This document shows, piece after piece, positions 8,483-17,763 of a stretch of 30,416 nt of DNA (the first letter of the stretch is position 1; each line of letters starts with the position of its first letter). The notes under the pieces are model-generated. The model was given only the letters and a program-made list of their open reading frames with translations, searched no databases and had not been told where the DNA came from. This DNA is from a virus (taxonomy: Duplodnaviria; Caudoviricetes), in IMG/VR virus record IMGVR_UViG_3300029169_000023, positions 1-30,416 of that record. One strand, 5' to 3'. A program made the position numbers and the translations under genes.

Positions 8483-9348
8483 GAGGCACCTATAAATTCT
8501 GGACGAGAGTCGGCTGCCACGTCATTATGATCAGTATGATCGTTGTGATCATCGAAGTCGGTGTGGGCGACATCGCCGTGGGTGGTCGTATCGGTGTGGT
8601 CTGTGTGGTCCGTGTGTTCGTCTACGAAGAAGCTATCGAAGTGGTCCGTATGTGTGTCTTGATGGGGATTTGTGTTATCCCCGTGATCAGAATGATCAGA
8701 ATGCGGTGGCCCGCTATCGTCATGATCATTATGATCGTTGTGTGAAGAGTTGTCGGTGTGGGAAATGTCCGAATGACCTTGGATCTCTGCGCTGCCCGAC
8801 TGTTGAATCCAGTGCAGGTATGTCTCAATCCAAACGGAGTTTAATGCCGCTGCGTCATTGTGCGGTGTAACAGTTGAATCAATGCGCCGCTGGTCCCCAT
8901 CAGCGTCGATGTAATAGACGCGATTGCTGGACAACATAAGAAAACCCGGCTGCGCGCCTGGGGTAGCAAACAGCGTACCGAGGTAGCGCCATTCGTCCTG
9001 ATTGTCATCCACGTGGTGCAGGTAATCGCCCTCTACCCAGACGGAGCCGGGTGTCTTGTCCCCGCTTGACCCATCGTACTTGTCTGCACCCACTGGCAGC
9101 TTGAGGAGAGACGTGCCCTCAAAGGCATTCTTCCCAGCGGTGAACACATTGCCTGCACCCGGGAACGCCACTGCCGTCAAGTTCGCTCCGGCTAGGCTGG
9201 CAAAGTACGATGAATTGAACGCGCGAATTAGGCCATCATCATCGATAGGCACTTTCAGGATGAGCTGATTATCCCGAATGTCCTGGTTCATCATCGCAGC
9301 GGTGACGACCTCAGGCTCAGTCCAGGTGCGTGGGGCTACCCATGCCAT
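8479..9348 (-). CDS. Probable tail-associated protein with C-terminal His-x-Asp repeat tract
   Basis: MAWVAPRTW N-terminal module, three internal beta repeats, 19 HxD triplets; ATGA coupling to the rSAM gene. Confidence 0.85.
   Translation of the reverse strand: MAWVAPRTWTEPEVVTAAMMNQDIRDNQLILKVPIDDDGLIRAFNSSYFASLAGANLTAVAFPGAGNVFTAGKNAFEGTSLLKLPVGADKYDGSSGDKTPGSVWVEGDYLHHVDDNQDEWRYLGTLFATPGAQPGFLMLSSNRVYYIDADGDQRRIDSTVTPHNDAAALNSVWIETYLHWIQQSGSAEIQGHSDISHTDNSSHNDHNDHDDSGPPHSDHSDHGDNTNPHQDTHTDHFDSFFVDEHTDHTDHTDTTTHGDVAHTDFDDHNDHTDHNDVAADSRPEFIGAS
8521..8775 (-). repeat. HxD repeat tract (19 copies in 85 aa)
   Basis: Residues 192-276; every His is followed by x-Asp. Confidence 0.95.
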
Positions 9349-9579
9349 TTAGGGGGTGCTCCTCGGAAGTTCAATTGAGGCATAGGGGTGAGGGACTGTC
9401 TTGATCGTCTCGAGTTCGTCGATAACGCGCTTGACCTTCTTCAACGCGTCCTTGACAAGCTCAACATCCTCCTTCGTCATGGGCTTGCCCCGCATCATGT
9501 CAAGGATAACAGCCTTGCCCAGTTCAAGGACGGGAATGACAGATGCCAGCTTCTTCGGCTCGAGGTCTTCAATTGCCAT
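9349..9579 (-). CDS. Small helical hypothetical protein (possible chaperone)
   Basis: Abuts both neighbours exactly (TAA/ATG); charged helical sequence. Confidence 0.65.
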   Translation of the reverse strand: MAIEDLEPKKLASVIPVLELGKAVILDMMRGKPMTKEDVELVKDALKKVKRVIDELETIKTVPHPYASIELPRSTP

Positions 9580-9867
9580 TTAGGTCACCCATTTGTCAGT
9601 GCCAACAGGGAGAACCATACGAGTGGAAGCGCCGCCATTGAAATCTTGAGTGCCCGCTGTGAATGTGTTAGCGGCTGCCAGCTTCAAGATCCCTGTAATG
9701 TTACTTCCATCAAGGTTGGCAAAACGAAGCGAGTCAATCGCAATGATCTTGCCGCTGTCGTTCATTGGTGTCTTGAGGATGTTCATGTTGTCACGAATCT
9801 GCGCGTTGAGGTCACCCTCCTTTACCAACTCACCTGCCAACCACGTTCTAGGAGCTGTCCAAGCCAT
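9580..9867 (-). CDS. Minor tail protein, paralogue of the N-terminal ~90 aa of 8479-9348
   Basis: MAWTAPRTW...IRDNMNILKTP...FTAG...LPVGTDKW aligns by eye with MAWVAPRTW...IRDNQLILKVP...FTAG...LPVGADKY. Confidence 0.8.
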   Translation of the reverse strand: MAWTAPRTWLAGELVKEGDLNAQIRDNMNILKTPMNDSGKIIAIDSLRFANLDGSNITGILKLAAANTFTAGTQDFNGGASTRMVLPVGTDKWVT

Positions 9868-9876
9868 TATGTCCCT

Positions 9877-11961
9877 CTACTGATTAACCCTTGTCCCAGA
9901 ACCCAGGGCACTGTCGTCAAGGACCCATCCAGCAATGAAGGATCCATAGCCCAGGCGCGTGGTGATGCCAAGCTCGGTGAACCCCGTGCGCTCAAGGATC
10001 CAGTAGTTGAATGGATCACCAGGGGCAAGGGTCCACGTGCATCGGATAACTCCACGTTCACCGATGGTAAGGTTTATCCCATTGATGAAGAAGTTTGTAG
10101 CGGTGATCTGTTGTTCTGTCTCTCCAATTGGAAAGAAGGGCGCAGCCCCGATAACTGTTTCAATCAGATTGATCTTGTCACTGACGTCACGTTGCAGTGC
10201 AGCATTCATCAACTGAATGCTTCTGTTTCCCCAGAACGTAACGGAGTCCACCTGTGTAAGGATGTCCTTCGCCTGATTGACTATGAACTCAGCCGCATCA
10301 CGAGATACGTTGAGGTCATCCTGGTAGGGCATGTCCAAGGCGAAGGTCGTTTCACCGTAACGAGTCTTAGACGGCTGGCTGTCCGCAGTAGCTAGCGCGG
10401 TCTCATAGGCATAGATACCCTTGCCCCTCAGGTTGAGCTTCGTAAGAAACCCGTCGAAGGGGCCATTGTTAGTGACTACCACAACAGCAGAGTTCGCGCT
10501 GAACGTAACGACAATTGAAATCTGCGCGGTATAGTCTGTGCCCGTGCCATCGGCGTTCTCGAAGAACGCATAATCGGTCGTGGCCACAGGAACAACCATC
10601 TCGATCCCACCGACTCGCGTAGCCCTGGCATCAGGGTCGCGGTACAGTGCTTCTACCGTAAGGCTAGTCGATCGCAAGATCTCAGGAACAGATGCCAACT
10701 GGAACAGAATAGAAGTGGCAGCCGCGTCCACTCTACGTGGGTGGGCCTGCACCTCAGCACGATTGATAACGCTGTCTCTTCCACGGCCAGCGCCAACGCC
10801 TGAGATCTCCTGATCTGTAAGGGATATGTCCGTCGTGAAGATGTTCGGCCGCTTGTGCCGACTCTCGAAGATCAATACGCCATCGCGGCGCACCCAGATG
10901 AACCCCTGCTCGGACTGGATGAGCTTGGTGAACTCCGTCATCACAGAGACTTCTTCACTAAAGGCATTGTCCAAGGCGAAAGGATACTCGTCTCCCCCGA
11001 CCTGTACCACGCTGCCCTGTGGGGGCTGATTCTCCATGTTAGCAAGAAGGGCTGAGAAGACTTCATCTGACCGCACGTTTTGAAGAACCGTAAGACCCTT
11101 GACCTTAACCCTGGCAGCCTCGTCCATCCAGTCCACGCAAGAGACTAGAACCTTGCGGCTACCAAATTTGCCCGAGGTCGGAGTAATGGAATCAATAGTG
11201 CCGTAGAACAGAAACTGACGAACCTCCTGAAACACCATGGACAAGCGAACGTTGACACCGATGCGCCATCCATCAAGGGCGTTAGCGTTGTTCGGCGAGT
11301 AGAGCCCCAGAAGTGCCTGTGAGTTTGTGGCACTGTTGTCAAGCTGAAAGTCAAGGTCGCCTGAAGAAGCCACTCTGTCTCGAAACGTGATGCCCTGGAT
11401 GCCACGGTTCACACGGATGCCTGAAGCTATCTGAACATCGAGTAAAGGCTGCCACACCCCGACCTTGACGTTGTCCCAACCGGAATTCTGCACAGCAATG
11501 GACACATCAACGATCAAAGGGTATGTAGGGGCAGTCAGCGATGTGTAGATGAGTAGCCCATTCTTGAAATACCGCACTTCGCCGCTGATCACAGCCACGC
11601 GCAACATATCACCAGACTTGTAAGTCGTGGCGAGCTTCACTACTCCGAGCTCAATGACATTGAGGACGTCCGTAGCTATTTCAGCCTGAAACCCAAAGTC
11701 AATGTCATCAAAGTCCTCATCCGTGTTTCCGTTGGCTAGCCCTATAGCTGCACCCGCTAGAGCCTGCGGGATTTCAGCTTGGACGAACCAGAACTTCTCA
11801 GTTCGTGTTTGAACAGACGTACCCCCAGCATCCCAAAGAGCAGTGGCAGTCGTCTTACGAATCTTGCCATCTTCAGTGCTGCTAGCGTCGACAAGATTTT
11901 CGAACTCCACCTTCTCAGGAAGAAAGGCATCGATGTCTACGGAACTAGGGAACACAGACAT
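9877..11961 (-). CDS. Tail-tip/baseplate hub protein
   Basis: Directly follows the tape measure; beta-rich; SEQGFIWVRRDGVLIFESR hub-like motif; N-terminal lectin/SPRY-like segment. Confidence 0.7.
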   Translation of the reverse strand: MSVFPSSVDIDAFLPEKVEFENLVDASSTEDGKIRKTTATALWDAGGTSVQTRTEKFWFVQAEIPQALAGAAIGLANGNTDEDFDDIDFGFQAEIATDVLNVIELGVVKLATTYKSGDMLRVAVISGEVRYFKNGLLIYTSLTAPTYPLIVDVSIAVQNSGWDNVKVGVWQPLLDVQIASGIRVNRGIQGITFRDRVASSGDLDFQLDNSATNSQALLGLYSPNNANALDGWRIGVNVRLSMVFQEVRQFLFYGTIDSITPTSGKFGSRKVLVSCVDWMDEAARVKVKGLTVLQNVRSDEVFSALLANMENQPPQGSVVQVGGDEYPFALDNAFSEEVSVMTEFTKLIQSEQGFIWVRRDGVLIFESRHKRPNIFTTDISLTDQEISGVGAGRGRDSVINRAEVQAHPRRVDAAATSILFQLASVPEILRSTSLTVEALYRDPDARATRVGGIEMVVPVATTDYAFFENADGTGTDYTAQISIVVTFSANSAVVVVTNNGPFDGFLTKLNLRGKGIYAYETALATADSQPSKTRYGETTFALDMPYQDDLNVSRDAAEFIVNQAKDILTQVDSVTFWGNRSIQLMNAALQRDVSDKINLIETVIGAAPFFPIGETEQQITATNFFINGINLTIGERGVIRCTWTLAPGDPFNYWILERTGFTELGITTRLGYGSFIAGWVLDDSALGSGTRVNQ

Positions 11962-14591
11962 TATTGAACCTGGAGAAGAGCGTCTCTAATGGACCTTGAA
12001 AGAACACGGGCCAGGGATGCCATCGCGTCATCCGAGAACTCCATATCGGAGGGAGTCATAGACTCTCGAGCTCTGTCGAGCGGCACCACTGCCTCGGGGC
12101 CTGCCTCACCAATGATACCCAGGGTGGGGGAAGTAACGATGCCCCCTTCTGCAAACTCAGGGATCCCTTCGCCATCAAAGATACCAGGGCGATTGAACCC
12201 GGCTGCACCCCCTCGAGGGGTATCAAAGCGAACCGGAATAGTAATAGGCTTTGGATCAATGCCCGTGATGGCACTGACAAAGCTGTCGATCCTTTCGATA
12301 AGCGTTTGGAACTGCTCACTCATGGACTGCGCAAAGGAAATACCCGCGTCCTCAGCGCTAGTGAATGCTTCACCGTTGGCGTCTACGAGTTGCCCACTCT
12401 TGATGAGCTCATCAATAACTGGGCGCATCGCCTCGGGCACAGCTTGACCGGTAGCCTTGGCAGTCTCGACGAACTCAAGCAGGCTTCCGCCCATCCTGTC
12501 AATGACAGTGGTAACGTCGATTCCACTGGCAGTGAGCAGGTTGAAGTCTTGCAGCAATTGTCCAGCTTGTTCCTCGAGTTGCTGCCGCTGCATGGCAGGC
12601 CCAAGTTCCTCGATAGTGAACCCATAGCGCTCAGTCGCTTCCTGGAGTGCGGCCTGGGCCTCACCCTGAAGATTTAGCGTGTCATTCACACGATTTACTG
12701 CGGCCTGGAACTGATCAACCGTCTCGGCATCAAAGACTTGCTTTACGAGATCCTCACTCGTAACCTGAGACAGCCGCGCCTGAAGAGCCTCGAAGCCCCC
12801 CTCCGCCTCGAAGAAAGAATCGCGAAGGTCATTGACCTCCACCTCAGCGTCACTAAACAGGCCACCGATTGCACTCAGGCCCTTGTCAAACAGCCCGCCT
12901 GCAAGCCCGCCAAGGATGCCCCCCAAGCCCGGCACGAGCCCGCCAATGGCCCCGCCCAGGCTCTTGCCGAGGCTCTTGCTTAGGACGTCTGTAAGCGGCC
13001 CAGAGATCGCCGTAGCAAGATCCCCGCCTAGTTGGGCACCCACCGCGCGGAAAACATCCCCACCGCCCTGTATGGCCCCCACAATCACCTGCGGAAGCGC
13101 CATAAGGGAGGCACTGAGACCCTCCTTGAAGGGGATGCTGAATTTGCCAGGGGCCTCGGCTCCCAACTGCGCGAGAGCATCCTTGGCCCCTTCGAGGTTT
13201 AGCAGGCTTTCAAAGTCTGGAAGGGTCTCGAACTGCTTAAGGAAACTATCAAACTCTATTTCCTCAATGGCACTTCTTGGAGTTTCTATGGCTGTAATAG
13301 CGTTGTCAATCAGACTTGAAAGCTTCTTCGATGCCGCCTCAGCCGCAACTCCCGCGTTAGCAGCGGCATCCCCCGTCTCTTCATACGCTTCAGCCAACAT
13401 GCCCGCAGAATCAGTAGCGTCCCTAGTTCTTTGGATGTTAGTCTGAAACTTCTCATTGCTAAGGGTAACGTCTGCTATGAGCCCAGTGAACGCATTTGTC
13501 TGATCCTTAATCGTCTTGATGTTCTTCTGCTCTTCAGCGTCGACTACTGCAACAGCTCCTTTAAGATTCTTCCAAGCCTGTGCCGCCTCCAATGGATTCT
13601 TGCGAAGATCATCAAGGAATACGGCAGCCTGTCCCGTTCTCTTGATGATGGCTTCTATCTCGACAAAGTCAATCCGGAGTTCTTGAAGCCCTATGCTCAC
13701 CAGAGCTATAGCGTTTAGAACAACGCCGAAAGCCTTACTAAGAATGACAAGACCGCCAGTAATGAAGGATTGGATGGCATCTTCATTGTCCTTAACGATC
13801 TTGACTAGATCCCCTGCCACTCCCACAAATGCCGCAAATGCAGGCAGAAGGGCTGTACCAATCGAGATGGAAATCTGGTCAACCCGCTGCCCCATGATTC
13901 TCAAGGCATTCGCGGGCGAATCAACGGTACGTGCCAAATCGCCCTGGGCCTTTGCAGTCTGCTGAAGAATCGCTTCATACGTGGCGAGGAACTTCTGGTT
14001 CTGTGTAAGCTTCACTCCCTGCTCAGCAATGCCCTTGTTCCAAGCAATCGTCTCAAGCTGGGCTTGGTTGACAAACACGTTCAAGGAACGAAGCGCCTCG
14101 GTGTTCCCAACGAGTCCACTCTGAAGGGCCTGTACCGGATCGATCCCCTTCTCACTCAGGTTCAAGAAACTGTCAAGATCGCCAGACAACTCAACGAGTG
14201 AAGTAGAGATACCCAGGGCAGAGTCTGTGGTTTCGCCCATCGACTCTGCAAGAAGGAACAGTGTTGCCGCCTGCTCACGTAGCTTGAATTCGTTGGTCCC
14301 GACAGCCTCACTTAGCTCTTCAGACCACGTTCTCGCAGCGTCTGCCATGTTCCCAAACGATACTTCAAAGAGGTTCTCCGACTCAGTCGCGGATATGGCA
14401 GCTTCAAGCGACTTCTTCGCGACAACAGCTAACGCCGCGCCTGCGGCTGCCCCGGCGATACCAATAGCTCCAGCCGCAAGCCCAGCCGCCTTACTGAATC
14501 CTCCAAGAACACTGCCCGCTGAGGACAGCTTCTTAGAGAATCGGTCATCTAGGTCAATGGTGCCTTGAAGAGTACCGATATTCAGGGCCAC
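11961..14591 (-). CDS. Tape measure protein (876 aa)
   Basis: IGTLQGTIDLDD start, Ala/Gly-rich helical body, C-terminal FAEGGIVTSPTLGIIGEAGPEAVVPL; follows the chaperones. Confidence 0.92.
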   Translation of the reverse strand: MALNIGTLQGTIDLDDRFSKKLSSAGSVLGGFSKAAGLAAGAIGIAGAAAGAALAVVAKKSLEAAISATESENLFEVSFGNMADAARTWSEELSEAVGTNEFKLREQAATLFLLAESMGETTDSALGISTSLVELSGDLDSFLNLSEKGIDPVQALQSGLVGNTEALRSLNVFVNQAQLETIAWNKGIAEQGVKLTQNQKFLATYEAILQQTAKAQGDLARTVDSPANALRIMGQRVDQISISIGTALLPAFAAFVGVAGDLVKIVKDNEDAIQSFITGGLVILSKAFGVVLNAIALVSIGLQELRIDFVEIEAIIKRTGQAAVFLDDLRKNPLEAAQAWKNLKGAVAVVDAEEQKNIKTIKDQTNAFTGLIADVTLSNEKFQTNIQRTRDATDSAGMLAEAYEETGDAAANAGVAAEAASKKLSSLIDNAITAIETPRSAIEEIEFDSFLKQFETLPDFESLLNLEGAKDALAQLGAEAPGKFSIPFKEGLSASLMALPQVIVGAIQGGGDVFRAVGAQLGGDLATAISGPLTDVLSKSLGKSLGGAIGGLVPGLGGILGGLAGGLFDKGLSAIGGLFSDAEVEVNDLRDSFFEAEGGFEALQARLSQVTSEDLVKQVFDAETVDQFQAAVNRVNDTLNLQGEAQAALQEATERYGFTIEELGPAMQRQQLEEQAGQLLQDFNLLTASGIDVTTVIDRMGGSLLEFVETAKATGQAVPEAMRPVIDELIKSGQLVDANGEAFTSAEDAGISFAQSMSEQFQTLIERIDSFVSAITGIDPKPITIPVRFDTPRGGAAGFNRPGIFDGEGIPEFAEGGIVTSPTLGIIGEAGPEAVVPLDRARESMTPSDMEFSDDAMASLARVLSRSIRDALLQVQ

Positions 14592-14950
14592 TTATTTTCT
14601 CCCATCGGAGTAGGACATTGACATCTGTTGGCCAATCCACTTCATGACACGCCAGTCAGTTGGAGGACTTGTCGAGCTCTTGACCTCATCCCCGAACAGA
14701 GGGGTAACCTCTTGCAACGTGTAAGGCTGAGGGCGCGTCTTTGAATTACGAAATGCATTGGCCAGTAGCCTCGTTAGCAGTGCGATTCTATGAGTCTGTC
14801 TCGTTTCCTCAAACGGTTCAAGATCTGCGAAGACCTGCCATTCCCTGAACTGCCGAACAGTCAGGCCCCGCAGCATCTTGTCTACATTCGACTCCCCTAG
14901 CTTAAGAGCGAGACGGTACGCGAACCGGCGCGCACTGCCCCGCTCTAGTC
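14592..14950 (-). CDS. Tail assembly chaperone, frameshifted (G-T) segment
   Basis: -1 frame is open from the slippery site: RLERGSARRFAYRLALKLGESNVDKMLRGLTVRQFREWQ. Confidence 0.85.
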
Positions 14951-15301
14951 GTTTTTTGTTGCAGCGGTTTCAGCTTCGGACAGCCCGTTGATCTCAAGAG
15001 CAACCTTCTGCAGCCTGAGAATTGCTCGAAAGCTCTTCTTGCGAAGTGCCTCAAGCTGATCAACGGTAAACAGTCTGGCACCAGACTCATCCACCGCACT
15101 TAGCAGCACAATCTGAACGGCCGAGTTGTTCTTTTGTGCAGGGTCATCAGACAACTCCTGGACAAACTTCACAACCTCATCCCCTGCCAGTGATCGCAGC
15201 CTTACTGTGCCGCCCCACTCGTCCACCTGGACATCGCGTGTGACGATGTCTTCAGCGCTGAGGATTTCCGCCGCCGACAACAGCTTCTTTTCTTCACTCA
15301 T
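14945..15301 (-). CDS. Tail assembly chaperone (gpG-like)
   Basis: V.EWGGTVRLRSL...VDESGARLFT motifs; between tail tube and tape measure. Confidence 0.88.
   Translation of the reverse strand: MSEEKKLLSAAEILSAEDIVTRDVQVDEWGGTVRLRSLAGDEVVKFVQELSDDPAQKNNSAVQIVLLSAVDESGARLFTVDQLEALRKKSFRAILRLQKVALEINGLSEAETAATKND
14951..14957 (-). promoter_or_regulatory. -1 programmed ribosomal frameshift site A AAA AAC
   Basis: ACA AAA AAC GAC TAG at the end of gpG; XXXYYYZ heptamer in the correct phase. Confidence 0.85.
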
Positions 15302-15338
15302 TGACCTACTCCTTCGTTGGCCGTCTTAATAGTTGAGA

Positions 15339-15758
15339 CTAGACAAACGTCATGGTTCCCGTGGGCCGAATGGTGATGTCTGCCGTCAGACCGTCATCCA
15401 CAGGCGCAGCGGGGGCGATGTTCGTCACGAACCCACTGAAGAGCCACTGAGTGGCATCGGGGTACGTGATGCGGTAGATGTCTCGACTGCCATCCAACCA
15501 AGCCTTCTCAAGCCCGGTGAGCTGGTCATGCGTGGCGTTCGTTGGCACAAAGCCGATGGTGAACGTCATCTCACCCTTGCGGCGAATGCCGACAACGAAC
15601 GACTCTTCCACTTCGTTGTGAGAAGTGGTCTCAATCGGGTTGCGCGTGAGCGGCGGAGGTGTGATATTCCTCAGCTCAGCGATGGTCGTGAAGACCGTTG
15701 GCGTGGCAGCGGGAGCCCTGGCGATCAGAGTTCCTTGTGCAGAAATTGCTTCAGGCAT
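15339..15758 (-). CDS. Major tail tube protein
   Basis: I..L..ITPP..TRNPIETTSH...G.R..GEMTFT...F.GFVT...DD.LTA.ITIRPTG, typical siphophage tail tube. Confidence 0.88.
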   Translation of the reverse strand: MPEAISAQGTLIARAPAATPTVFTTIAELRNITPPPLTRNPIETTSHNEVEESFVVGIRRKGEMTFTIGFVPTNATHDQLTGLEKAWLDGSRDIYRITYPDATQWLFSGFVTNIAPAAPVDDGLTADITIRPTGTMTFV

Positions 15759-15779
15759 TGTTCTACGTCCTCCCTTCCT

Positions 15780-16184
15780 TTACAGGGTTACTGTGGTGTT
15801 ACGAACGGCAGAAAGAGCCAAGTATGCTGCGAAAGCCATTGTTCTAGCTGTCACAATTGAATTCGCTCTCACTACGATTTGAGCAGTCGGCTGAGGATAC
15901 GCTGGTGGTGAAATCTCATTATGAATACGCTGAGGGGCTGCACCCCCTGTTGAAATGACGTGCAGATACGGTCCCTCGCCTTCAGGGACAGCGGCTTTTG
16001 ATCCAGCAAAAATGTTCTCACTGGTGCCCACATTGGCATCAGTAAGTATCTTGATCAACTCTTCCTCCAACGTCTCAGAATACACTTTGCTAATGGCGAC
16101 ATTGAAGGTGATGCGCTGGTGCTGCCCTTCGCGGCCATCATCGAACGGATCCTGTAGCGGCTGGATGTCTAGATAGCGCGCCAT
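15780..16184 (-). CDS. Tail terminator/completion protein
   Basis: Position; TGG.AP...YPQPTAQIVVRA motif. Confidence 0.7.
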   Translation of the reverse strand: MARYLDIQPLQDPFDDGREGQHQRITFNVAISKVYSETLEEELIKILTDANVGTSENIFAGSKAAVPEGEGPYLHVISTGGAAPQRIHNEISPPAYPQPTAQIVVRANSIVTARTMAFAAYLALSAVRNTTVTL

Positions 16185-16603
16185 TTGTCCACCTTCAAAT
16201 CTGCAGCAAGGTCAGGAAGAAGCGTCCTACGCGCATCCATCAAAGGCCTCTCAAGATACTTAGGCCCGCGCCCAGGGGGGTGAAACCTTACTCCAGCCCC
16301 TTGGCGCTCAGACACTTTCCAAGAACGTGGGGAGTGCTGTGAAAGATGCTCATGGACAGCGATTGCATAGGGGGCAGCCGGCCCACCGTAGTTGAGGAAC
16401 ACCTGAAGCTTGATCTTTGCCGCCTCAACGAACCCGCTGTTCTTCAGGTTGGCATCATCCACAGGCACAAAATCCCGCTTGCTCACTGTCATGACACGCT
16501 CCCCTCTAAAGAACAGGGCAGCTCTTGCCCTGTCAGGGAACCGCTTCGCATGTGTAGCGATGACTTTGCGCATCTTCTCGTCACCGACTAGATCGAATCT
16601 CAT
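16169..16603 (-). CDS. HK97 gp10-like neck/tail-completion protein
   Basis: VPVDDANLKNSG, APYAIAVHE, GPKYLERP motifs. Confidence 0.85.
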   Translation of the reverse strand: MRFDLVGDEKMRKVIATHAKRFPDRARAALFFRGERVMTVSKRDFVPVDDANLKNSGFVEAAKIKLQVFLNYGGPAAPYAIAVHEHLSQHSPRSWKVSERQGAGVRFHPPGRGPKYLERPLMDARRTLLPDLAADLKVDKWRAI

Positions 16604-17763
16604 GCAGTCTTCTTTTCAACAACGACAGAGTCAATTGCTTCAGCAAATCTCTGTCCAATGTTTTCCCAACGGAACTGCGGCTGTAACACTCGCGAACGGC
16701 CCATGCTGCCATAGGCCGTACGAGTGCGCTCGGAAATGTACATCTCCTCAAGGGCGTCAATCGTTCTACGCCTGTCGGGTACCCCACCAATCACGTTCAC
16801 CCTGTTCGGCGTGACTGCAATCTCTGAGCAAGGCACCCGCATGACCGTGTCCTCAGGCCATTCCCCCAGAGCCGACCAGTCGGGTACAATCTGAGGAATG
16901 GCACATGCCATGCTTTCCATCGTGCAGAGGCCCCATCCCTCGCCCTGAGTGGTGGTCAACTGCACATCAAAGGAAGCGTAGACGTGCGCCAACTGAAGTT
17001 CAGGCACCCCGTACCCCATGTCGGGTTCGCAGAAGATGAGCCGTTTGTTTTCCTTTCCAAATCCGTAGTAGTTCATCAGTTGCTGTACGTTGTATCCCTG
17101 CTCGCCAGTGGGGGCGACATGCAGGTACAGATAAGCATCCCTGTGCCCAAACTCCTTCACCCACTCCGCGAAGTAAGACACGGTCAAATCCAAACGCTTT
17201 CGAGGCTGGTTCCGATTCACGTTGCCGACAATGTAGGCATCCACTACGGGGTCAAGCCCCAATGCCTTACGGGCTTCCCTTCTATCTCTCGGGTGGTACG
17301 TTTCAACGTCCACCCCAAGGGGCACCACTGCGGCCGGCCCTTCGTAGCCTCCAAGGCGCGCTTCATTCTTCCCGAACTCCGTCCAGAAGATAGCAAGGTC
17401 AAGCCCATTGAGCGCTTTCGCATTGCAGTTCTTGCCGTCAACAGCAAGTGCAGCAATGATGAATGAAACTTTTGCATCCTCGAGTGCTTTGACGTACATC
17501 GGGATATTCCAAGGGTCATTCTGAATGACGAGAGCGTCTGGCTTTATCGTCTCCACTATGTCCTTGATGCGCCCCAGGCCAAACGGATCCCCTCCAGGGG
17601 CGCAGGGATAGATGGGATAGGGGTATCGGTGAGGATCCCCAAGATAGTTCAACCCTAGGACCGCTACGTCCCACGTCTTTTGAAGGATGGCGAGCGTGTT
17701 GTGAGTGCAGCGGGCAAACCCAGTCTCAGCAACAGCGTCGCCAACCCAAAGAAGCTTTCTCAT
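16600..17763 (-). CDS. GT4 (GT-B) glycosyltransferase
   Basis: TGFAR, PLGVD...YHP, NRNQPRKRLD, GEGWGLCTMESMACAIPQI. Confidence 0.9.
   Translation of the reverse strand: MRKLLWVGDAVAETGFARCTHNTLAILQKTWDVAVLGLNYLGDPHRYPYPIYPCAPGGDPFGLGRIKDIVETIKPDALVIQNDPWNIPMYVKALEDAKVSFIIAALAVDGKNCNAKALNGLDLAIFWTEFGKNEARLGGYEGPAAVVPLGVDVETYHPRDRREARKALGLDPVVDAYIVGNVNRNQPRKRLDLTVSYFAEWVKEFGHRDAYLYLHVAPTGEQGYNVQQLMNYYGFGKENKRLIFCEPDMGYGVPELQLAHVYASFDVQLTTTQGEGWGLCTMESMACAIPQIVPDWSALGEWPEDTVMRVPCSEIAVTPNRVNVIGGVPDRRRTIDALEEMYISERTRTAYGSMGRSRVLQPQFRWENIGQRFAEAIDSVVVEKKTA

Noticed and set aside
8527-8745. Hydrophobic Met/Ile/Val-rich + strand ORF resembling a membrane peptide
   Set aside because: It is the reverse complement of the HxD codons
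8521-8775. HxD tract as a CRISPR array or DNA-level tandem repeat
   Set aside because: No constant repeat-spacer structure; periodicity is at the protein level with varied codons
5110-9867. Repeated N-terminal modules as DGR template/variable repeats or invertible segments
   Set aside because: No reverse transcriptase or invertase in the window; copies are diverged, co-oriented and not adenine-specific
9388-10395. 335-aa + strand ORF
   Set aside because: Antisense to three coupled tail genes; no recognisable motifs
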